In this document: positions 30,001-37,121 of the stretch, piece by piece | How the letters are laid out: each line of letters starts with the position of its first letter | How positions within the stretch are numbered: the first letter of the stretch is position 1 | DNA from: Eledone cirrhosa | Taxonomy: Eukaryota | Reading direction: 5' to 3' | Assembly: GCA_964016885.1 (NCBI GenBank) | Contig: OZ024741.1 | Span: 405,418,001-405,482,000 of the forward strand | Length of the DNA stretch: 64,000 nucleotides | Translations under genes and position numbers: made by a program | Notes under the pieces: model-generated | Databases searched by the model: none | What the model was told of the DNA's origin: nothing | What the model saw: the letters and a program-made list of their open reading frames with translations, nothing else

Positions 30001-30484
30001 GTAACTCTCCTCCTAGTTTCTTCCCTCTCACATCTCACCTATGTAACTCTCTTCTTCTAGTTTCTGCCCTCTTACATCTCACATATGTAACTCTCTTCTC
30101 CTAGTTTCTTCCCACTCACATCTCACATATGTAACTCTCTTCTCCTAGTTTCTTCCCTCTCATATCTCACATATGTAACACTCTCCTTCTAGTTTCTTCC
30201 CTCTCACATCTCACCTATGTAACTCTCTTATCCTAGTTTCTTCCCTCTCACATCTCACCTATGTAACTCTCTTTTCCTAGTTTCTTCCCTCTTACATCTC
30301 ACCTATGTAACTCTCTTCTCCTAGTTTCTTCCCTCTCACATCTCACATATGTAACTCTCTTCTTCTAGTTTCTTCCCTCTCACATCTCACCTATGTAACT
30401 CTCTTCTCTTAGTTACTTCCCTCTCACATCTCACATATGTAACTCTCTTCTTCTAGTTTCTTCCCTCTCACATCTCACATATGT
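1..30484. repeat. 44-bp tandem satellite array, about 690 monomers; consensus TCTCTTCT(C/T)CTAGTTTCTTCCCTCTCACATCTCAC(A/C)TATGTAAC; truncated by left window edge
   Basis: Unit counted directly (1-44, next unit starts at 45). Continuous head-to-tail repetition with substitutions and small indels up to ...CATCTCACATATGT at 30484, then non-repetitive sequence. Confidence 0.98.
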
Positions 30485-30656
30485 GCTTTTTCGTTGCTTC
30501 ACCATCTTTGTTTGTTTACACTTTCGTGTCCCCTTTATTTACGTGTCCCAACGAATTTTTTTAGCCGTTGCTCGCACCAACCGGAGGTATATGGTCTTTA
30601 AAGCGATGAAATACCAATGAAAGTTGGAAGATCACTGATGAAGGACTAACTTTATT

Positions 30657-30657
30657 C

Positions 30658-30722
<65 letters not shown>

Positions 30723-30826
30723 TATAAATATACATACATATAAATATACACATATACAAACATATACAAACACATCTACAGAAATACACATATATACACA
30801 TATACAAAATACATAAATACACATAC

Positions 30827-30902
<76 letters not shown>

Positions 30903-30938
30903 TGAGAGAGAGAGAGACGCGTGTGTGTTTGTGTGTGT
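30657..30938. repeat. Compound microsatellite: (TA)n, degenerate (CATA/CA)n, (AT)n, (AG)n, (GT)n
   Basis: (TA)n about 30663-30712; degenerate ACAT/ACAC stretch to about 30830; (AT)n 30831-30880; (AG)n 30881-30917; (GT)n 30921-30938. Confidence 0.95.
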
Positions 30939-30984
30939 CTCCGTTAGCGTGCATTTCAGTATTTAGTCACAACTCTCAACTTAC

Positions 30985-31136
30985 TACGTTCTGAGTTCAA
31001 ATGGCACCGAGGTTAAGCTTGGCCTTTCATCCTTACGGTGTCAATAAAATAAAGTACCAGTAATACACTAAGGTCGATTTAATCGAATTTCCCAAAATTG
31101 TTGGCCTTTTCCTAAATCAGAAACCAATATTATTTA
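30985..31136 (+). mobile_element. 5'-truncated tRNA-derived SINE (family A), from B-box region to A/T-rich tail
   Basis: GAGTTCAAAT B-box-like motif (30993-31002); body CCGAGGTTAAGCTTGGCCTTTCATCCTTACGG...AATAAAATAAAGTACCAGTAATACA; tail GGCCTTTTCCTAAATCAGAAACCAATATTATT. Aligns by eye with the reverse complement of 32051-32245. Resembles an abundant octopus SINE from memory. Confidence 0.8.
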
Positions 31137-31743
31137 TGTCAGTAAGGTCCATGTCAATAATTTAGCGAGGAGGGCCAAATTAAAGTTTCGGGTTATAACC
31201 CCACAGCGTCCACACCCACCTTCTTTGGCACAAATATTCACGTCTGCCGGTCATTACTTGAATACTGGCCCCTGGCGAAGAATTATTTCCCGAAACGTTA
31301 GCTTTTTCCACACGCCACGAACATATTAATGTGCAGCAAAGTATCAGAATTATCAATTTTACTGACGTAAATCCTCAGCGGGATTTGTAGAAGTCTCAAT
31401 ATTAATCCTTGATATAATCAATGTTGCTTGCTTCATTAAAAAAACTACAAGGACATATATAAATCAGTTTTTAACATCAAACTGATGAAAGAAACCCCAC
31501 ACCCCAGGATAGGTTAACATTATTGCAGTTAACTCTCTTAGAAAAAGCTAGCATCTATTTCTGACAGCCACACACATTGAAGAAAGGTAGAACGAAATAT
31601 TTTACCCATAGACACGAGGAAATACCTACAATTGATACTGACGTAAAATAAAGTTAACACCAAGGTATTTGGTTCACCGCTAGTCCGTTCTCCCACTCGC
31701 TAAATTCTTATAGATGGAATAATACTCAGGTACATATAAATAT

Positions 31744-31798
31744 GCCTTGTGCCTAAAGTAAATATATTAGCCTTGTGCCTAAAGTAGAAACAATTATT
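31744..31798 (+). mobile_element. Isolated, partly duplicated 3' tail of SINE family A
   Basis: GCCTTGTGCCTAAAGTA occurs twice (31744-31760, 31770-31786). The second continues GAAACAATTATT, matching the tail of the minus-strand copy (GCCTTGTGCCAATAGTAGAAACAATTATT). Confidence 0.7.
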
Positions 31799-31866
31799 AG
31801 ACTTAGTCAATGTGATGGCGTCGCTTCTATTTCTATTCCAATTCTAAAAGTATATTTTATTTATGT

Positions 31867-31918
31867 CTTTGATCACAGATTCAATCAGAGCTGACCTAGG
31901 TATAAAGAACATCAACAA
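31867..31918 (+). mobile_element. Possible decayed SINE/LINE 3' tail with degenerate (AAC)n end
   Basis: CTTTGATCACAGATTCAATCAGAGCTGACCTAGGTATAAAGAACATCAACAA resembles, from memory, an octopus retroelement tail ending GCTGACCTGGGGCTAAACAACAAC. No second copy in the window to confirm. Confidence 0.35.
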
Positions 31919-32050
31919 GGCATGATTCACCGCTAGATCATAAAATATAAGAATGTGATCAATAAAGTATATAGACTTGAGAGTAAGATTTACCAATGTT
32001 ATCATTTCTGAAACAAAGCATAGTTTTCTTTCCAGACCACTTTCTTTTTA

Positions 32051-32245
32051 AATAATTGTTTCTACTATTGGCACAAGGCCAGCAATTATTCCATTGTATT
32101 ACTGGTACTTTATTTTATCGACCACGTAAGGATGAAAGACAAAGTTAACCTCGGCGGGATTGGAACTCAGACCGCAAAGGGCCGTAACTCTATGCTGCAA
32201 AGCATGGCGTCCGACCCTCTACCGATACTGCCAATTCACCGGCCT
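32051..32245 (-). mobile_element. Near full-length tRNA-derived SINE (family A)
   Basis: Minus strand reads AGGCCGGTGAATTGGCAGTATCGGTAG (A-box-like TGGCAGTATCGG), then GAGTTCCAATCC (B-box-like), CCGAGGTTAACTTTGTCTTTCATCCTTACGTGGTCGATAAAATAAAGTACCAGTAATACA and GGCCTTGTGCCAATAGTAGAAACAATTATT. Homologous to 30985-31136. Confidence 0.85.
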
Positions 32246-32289
32246 CATGTAAGTCTAATAATTAGTATAGTAGAAATGTATCTGTTTCT

Positions 32290-32555
32290 ATTTCATTTCC
32301 AAATAAGACGTCTACAATGCTGTAGATAGAGTCGTTCGGAGTTGTCTCCCTTAGAAACAAAATAAACCGACCACCAATAATTTCTACTTTCCTACTCACC
32401 ACCATCGGCGCTGAGCTGGCCAGCCTCGCGAATTGGAATGGCTCTTCCAGCACGTCTCCTTTACGGGGAAACGCCTTCTTCATCCTGTCCGCTGGGGCTG
32501 TGGGAAGGCCAGCACGTGGGACCCCATTCGCTCACCATACGGATTAATAGGCAAA
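32290..32555 (+). mobile_element. Decayed, frameshifted fragment of an RTE-clade LINE ORF C-terminal region
   Basis: GC-rich island. Plus-strand translation across frameshifts gives, in order, R*AGQ (32409-32423), LPARLLYGE (32444-32470), GRP (32503-32511) and TWDPIR (32514-32531). This matches the RTE C-terminal motif order RWAGH..RM..RLPK.LLYGE..GRP..W.D.I. Boundaries are approximate. Confidence 0.55.
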
Positions 32556-32912
32556 GTTATAAACTATTGTAAATAAACCTATTTGATACTTAAAAAAAAG
32601 AAAAGAAAACAAGAACATAATGATATAAAGAAGACAAAGTTATAACAACTGTGATGGCAGTACTGAGGTTCGTTTTTAAAGAAGGGAATACAAGAAGGAT
32701 GAGCAACAAATTTAATTTACTAAAATTAGTTTAAACATATAAACATTTTAAGAATAAAAAAAAAAAATAATAATCTGATTCTTTAGTTAATTAGGGGCAT
32801 GCTAGCTAATTTTAGGGAGCTCTTTCTGAATATGAAGTCAGTTTTGTTCTATCACATCTAGATTTTGATCTACATGTACTCCCTACATACCACATTTTTA
32901 CAGAAATGTAGC

Positions 32913-33105
32913 GGAGCCTTGTGGACTAGTAGTAAGGGTGTTGGACTTACGATCGTAATGTCGTGGGTTCGATTCCTAGACTGGGTTGTGTGTTATGTTC
33001 TTGAGTAAAACATTTCACTCCGAGTTGCTCCAGTATGCTCAGCTGCAAATGAGTACCAGTAGTAACAGGGAGTTTAAGCCTGTGATGTACTGGTGTCCTG
33101 TCCAG
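32913..33105 (+). mobile_element. tRNA-derived SINE (family B) with CORE-like central domain, 3' part running into the 17-bp array
   Basis: Degenerate A box TGGACTAGTAG (32922-32932) and perfect B box GGTTCGATTCC (32966-32976). TGTTCTTGAGTAAAACATTTCAC...CTCAGCTGCAAATGAGTACC resembles the CORE-type domain (CCTTGGGCAAGTCACTT...TGTAAAATGGG). It is followed by CCTGTGATGTACTGGTGTCCTGTCCAG, like the CCTGCGATGGACTGGCGTCCTGTCCAG motif of aquatic-animal SINEs. Confidence 0.8.
32966..32976 (+). promoter_or_regulatory. RNA polymerase III internal promoter B box of the SINE
   Basis: GGTTCGATTCC matches the GGTTCGANNCC consensus exactly and starts 44 bp after the start of a degenerate A box. Confidence 0.7.
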
Positions 33106-36100
33106 TGTGGTGTCCTGTCCAGTGTGGTCTACTGTCCAGTGTGGTGTCCTGTCCAGTGTGGTGTCCTCTCCAATGTGGTGTCCTGACCAGTGTAGTGTCC
33201 TCTCCAGTGTGGTGTCCTGACCAGTGTAGTGTCCTGTCCAGTGTGGTGTCCTGTCCAGTGTGGTCTCCTGTCCAGTGTGGTCTCCTGTCCCGTGTGGTGT
33301 CCTGACCAGTGTGGTCTCCTGTCCAGTGTGGTCTCCTGTCCAGTGTGGTCTCCTGACCAGTGTAGTGTCCTGTCCAGTGTGGTCTCCTATCCAGTGTGGT
33401 CTCCTGTCCAGTGTGGTCTCCTGACCAGTGTAGTGTCCTGTCCAGTGTGGTCTCCTGTCCAGTGTGGTCTCCTGTCCAGTGTGGTCTCCTGACCAGTGTA
33501 GTGTCCTGTCCAGTGTGGTCTCCTGTCCAGTGTGGTCTCCTGTCCAGTGAGGTGTCCTGTCCAGTGTAGTGTCCTGTCCAGTGTAGTGTCCTGTCCAGTG
33601 TGGTCTCCTATCCAGTGTGGTGTACTGTCCAGTGTAGTGTCCTGTCCAGTGTTGTGTCCTGTCCAGTGTGGTCTCCTGTCCAGTGTGGTGTCCTGTCCAG
33701 TGTAGTGTCCTCTCCAGTGTGGTGTCCTCTCCAGTGTGGTGTCCTGTCCAGTGTGGTGTCCTGTCCAGTGTAGTGTCCTGTTCAGTGTGGTGTCCTCTCC
33801 AGTGTGGTGTCCTGTCCAGTGTGGTGTACTGTCCAGTGTAGTGTCCTGTCCAGTGTAGTGTCCTGTCCAGTGTGGTGTACTGTCCAGTGTAGTGTCCTGT
33901 GCAGTGTGGTCTCCTCTCCAGTGTGGTGTCCTGTCCAGTGTGGTCTCATGTCCACTGTGGTGTCCTGTCCAGTGTGGTGTCCTGTGCAGTGTAGTGTCCT
34001 CTACAGTGTGGTGTCCTGTCCAGTGTGGTGTCCTCTCCAGTGTGGTGTCCTGTCCAGTGTGGTCTCCTGTCCAGTGTGGTGTCCTGTCCAGTGTAGTGTC
34101 CTGTCCAGTGTGGTCTCCTGTCCAGTGTGGTCTCCTGTCCAGTGTGGTCTCCTGTCCAGTGTGGTGTCCTGTCCAGTGTAGTGTCCTCTCCAGTGTGGTG
34201 TCCTCTCCAGTGTGGTGTCCTGTCCAGTGTGGTGTCCTGTCCAGTGTAGTGTCCTGTCCAGTGTGGTCTCCTGTCCAGTGTGGTCTCCTGTCCAGTGTAG
34301 TGTCCTCTCCAGTGTGGTGTCCTCTCCAGTGTGGTGTCCTGTCCAGTGTGGTGTCCTGTCCAGTGTAGTGTCCTGTCCAGTGTGGTCTCCTGTCCAGTGT
34401 GGTCTCCTGTCCAGTGTGGTCTCCTGTCCAGTGTGGTCTCCTGTCCAGTGTGGTGTCCTGTCCAGTGTAGTGTCCTCTCCAGTGTGGTGTCCTGTCCAGT
34501 GTGGTGTCCTGTCCAGTGTAGTGTCCTGTCCAGTGTAGTGTCCTGTCCAGTGTGGTCTCCTGTCCAGTGTGGTCTCATGTCCGGTGTGGTCTCCTGTCCA
34601 GTGTGGTGTCCTGTCCAGTGTGGTCTCCTGTCCAGTGTGGTCTCCTGTCCAGTGTGGTGTCCTGACCAGTGTGGTCTCCTGTCCAGTGTGGTCTCCTGTC
34701 CAGTGTGGTCTCCTGACCAGTGTAGTGTCCTGTCCAGTGTGGTCTCCTATCCAGTGTGGTCTCCTGTCCAGTGTGGTCTCCTGACCAGTGTAGTGTCCTG
34801 TCCAGTGTGGTCTCCTGTCCAGTGTGGTCTCCTGTCCAGTGTGGTCTCCTGTCCAGTGTAGTGTCCTGTCCAGTGTGGTCTCCTGTCCAGTGTGGTCTCC
34901 TGTCCAGTGAGGTGTCCTGTCCAGTGTAGTGTCCTGTCCAGTGTAGTGTCCTGTCCAGTGTGGTCTCCTATCCAGTGTGGTGTACTGTCCAGTGTAGTGT
35001 CCTGTCCAGTGTTGTGTCCTGTCCAGTGTGGTCTCCTGTCCAGTGTGGTGTCCTGTCCAGTGTAGTGTCCTCTCCAGTGTGGTGTCCTCTCCAGTGTGGT
35101 GTCCTGTCCAGTGTGGTGTCCTGTCCAGTGTAGTGTCCTGTTCAGTGTGGTGTCCTCTCCAGTGTGGTGTCCTGTCCAGTGTGGTGTACTGTCCAGTGTA
35201 GTGTCCTGTCCAGTGTAGTGTCCTGTCCAGTGTGGTGTACTGTCCAGTGTAGTGTCCTGTGCAGTGTGGTCTCCTCTCCAGTGTGGTGTCCTGTCCAGTG
35301 TGGTCTCATGTCCACTGTGGTGTCCTGTCCAGTGTGGTGTCCTGTGCAGTGTAGTGTCCTCTACAGTGTGGTGTCCTGTCCAGTGTGGTGTCCTCTCCAG
35401 TGTGGTGTCCTGTCCAGTGTGGTCTCCTGTCCAGTGTGGTGTCCTGTCCAGTGTAGTGTCCTGTCCAGTGTGGTCTCCTGTCCAGTGTGGTCTCCTGTCC
35501 AGTGTGGTCTCCTGTCCAGTGTGGTGTCCTGTCCAGTGTAGTGTCCTCTCCAGTGTGGTGTCCTCTCCAGTGTGGTGTCCTGTCCAGTGTGGTGTCCTGT
35601 CCAGTGTAGTGTCCTGTCCAGTGTGGTCTCCTGTCCAGTGTGGTCTCCTGTCCAGTGTAGTGTCCTCTCCAGTGTGGTGTCCTCTCCAGTGTGGTGTCCT
35701 GTCCAGTGTGGTGTCCTGTCCAGTGTAGTGTCCTGTCCAGTGTGGTCTCCTGTCCAGTGTGGTCTCCTGTCCAGTGTGGTCTCCTGTCCAGTGTGGTCTC
35801 CTGTCCAGTGTGGTGTCCTGTCCAGTGTAGTGTCCTCTCCAGTGTGGTGTCCTGTCCAGTGTGGTGTCCTGTCCAGTGTAGTGTCCTGTCCAGTGTAGTG
35901 TCCTGTCCAGTGTGGTCTCCTGTCCAGTGTGGTCTCATGTCCGGTGTGGTCTCCTGTCCAGTGTGGTGTCCTGTCCAGTGTGGTCTCCTGTCCAGTGTGG
36001 TCTCCTGTCCAGTGTGGTCTCCTGTCCAGTGTGGTGTCCTGTCCAGTGTAGTGTCCTGTCCAGTGTGGTGTCCTGTCCAGTGTGGTCTCCTGTCCAGTGT

Positions 36101-36215
36101 GGTCTCCTGTCCAGTGTGGTGTCCTGTCCAGTGTGGTCTCCTGTCCAGTGTGGTGTCCTGTCCAGTGTAGTGTCCTGTTCAGTGTGGTCTCCTGTCCAGT
36201 GTGGTCTCCTGTCCA
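33091..36215. repeat. 17-bp tandem satellite/minisatellite, about 184 monomers; consensus TGT(G/A)GT(G/C)TCCTGTCCAG
   Basis: Unit counted directly. Begins TGGTGTCCTGTCCAG at 33091 and ends ...CTCCTGTCCA at 36215. Substitution variants only; phase is maintained. Confidence 0.98.
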
Positions 36216-36457
36216 CACACATATATCCCAACCCCTACCCCACTTCCGCTTATTCCACCACCCTCCCTATTATTTGGGACACGAATGTATTTAAACGCAA
36301 GATCACTGCTTTTGGCTTATTTCTCCCCCCCCCCCCCCACCGAAAACTAAGACATGGTGAGATAACTGATGGAAAGTTAAGTTATCTCCCTTGTATTTTC
36401 CACTCGTTACCTTTTGGTTGATTTTGAAATAATCACAAACTAGAATACAATATTTAA

Positions 36458-36712
36458 CCGTTTAGCATTAAACGGGCCGTATCCGGCCAGAATTCTCTCA
36501 CCTCTTTCTGTTCAAACTGGCTATATCCGGCCAGAATTCTCTCACCTCTTTCTGTTCAAACCGGCTGCAATGCTGCTCATACTCATGCTAAGGTATTGTT
36601 CTCAAAATAAATAATACCAAAATCTCATAGATTTGATGAGATAATTATGTAAGATAAAGCCTTTTCTGTGAAATTACAATTGTAAGTATAGAGTAACGTA
36701 AATGTTAAAGGG
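36458..36712. mobile_element. piggyBac-type MITE (255 bp) with TTAA target-site duplication
   Basis: TTAA at 36454-36457 and 36713-36716. Left end CCGTTTAGCATT versus reverse complement of right end CCCTTTAACATT (10/12 match). No ORF. TTAA TSD with CCC...GGG termini is the piggyBac signature. Confidence 0.85.
36470..36566. repeat. Two-copy 44-bp tandem duplication inside the MITE
   Basis: TATCCGGCCAGAATTCTCTCACCTCTTTCTGTTCAAAC is identical at 36480 and 36524 (offset 44). AAAC(G/T/C)GGC recurs at 36470, 36514 and 36558. Confidence 0.92.
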
Positions 36713-36716
36713 TTAA

Positions 36717-36856
36717 CCCTCTCATGAGCGCATTTCTAAGGACCGCGTTTCAATTAATCAATAAAATGTTTTGAGTGATTTACAAAAATTATCAATTATT
36801 TCATTACTAAGATAGTAACTTAATTTAAGGTTCTCATATAAAATTATGTTTGAAGA
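36717..36856. mobile_element. Possible left part of a second piggyBac-type MITE sharing the TTAA site, cut off by the LINE insertion
   Basis: TTAA-CCCTCTC immediately follows the first MITE, forming the palindrome AGGGTTAACCCT (36709-36720). The AT-rich body resembles a second octopus MITE from memory. No matching right TIR in the window. Confidence 0.4.
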
Positions 36857-37121
36857 TTAAATAAATAATAATTATGAAATTATTGTGTACAGTGCTCAGG
36901 TGCACTACAACTCATCAAAGGTGAATGTATAGTATATAGAATAATGTACAAATGTCAGGAAAGTGAACAGTGAATCAGTCATGGTATACACTCACAGGCG
37001 TGTGTATGTATGAAGGAGGAATATCAGGTATATTGTTAGCAAATTTCGGGAGCATTGGCGGTTTTAAAGGATGCAGTGTCTCGACAGCTAACAACTGATG
37101 CAGGTAGTTTGTCCCATGGAG
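36857..37121 (-). mobile_element. 3' end of a CR1/L2-type LINE: last ORF2 codons, stop, about 150-nt 3' UTR, terminal stem-loop and degenerate (ATT)n tail
   Basis: Minus strand from 37119 translates PWDKLPASVVSCRDTASFKTANAPEIC*QYT* (TGA at 37026-37024). This fits the W-N-x-L-P-xx-V-V-x(7)-F-K motif ending ORF2 in CR1/L2-related LINEs. The UTR ends TGT-AGTGC-ACCTGA-GCACT-GT-ACA (hairpin, 36909-36886), then ATAATTTCATAATTATTATTTATTTAA. Confidence 0.8.

Noticed and set aside
30561-30954. YIYI-rich ORFs
   Set aside because: Translations of (TA)n/(GA)n microsatellite.
31270-31305. Hammerhead-ribozyme-like CTGGCGAAG...CGAAACGTTAG
   Set aside because: The core deviates from CUGANGA, stem II pairs poorly and I found no stem I. 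At most a dead relic.
31138-31329. Stop-free plus-strand frame of about 63 codons (VSKVHVNNLARR...)
   Set aside because: No in-frame ATG or clear splice sites and no recognisable motif; length is within chance expectation.
31482-31500. CTGATGAAAGAAAC hammerhead-like core
   Set aside because: No room for stem II between CTGATGA and GAAA, and no stem III.
32132-32329. 65-aa ORF MKDKVNLGGI...
   Set aside because: It starts within the antisense strand of a SINE; there is no coding evidence.
32913-32985. Possible tRNA gene (A/B boxes, palindrome TTACGATCGTAA at 32947-32958)
   Set aside because: No convincing acceptor stem or downstream T-run terminator; the sequence continues into a SINE body.
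36228-36338. C-rich tracts (CCCAACCCCTACCCC, C14) beside the 17-mer array as a G-quadruplex on the minus strand
   Set aside because: Only three close G3+ tracts plus an isolated homopolymer; common low-complexity sequence with no further support.
32986-36421. Long ORFs over the 17-bp array (Cys-rich CPVWCPVQCG... on plus; HTGQDTTLDRTPHW... on minus, superficially like metallothionein or C2H2 HTGE linkers)
   Set aside because: The unit is not a multiple of 3, the same peptide appears in all frames with a 51-nt period, the minus peptide lacks CxxC, and plus frames are broken by TAG/TGA variants. These are repeat artefacts.
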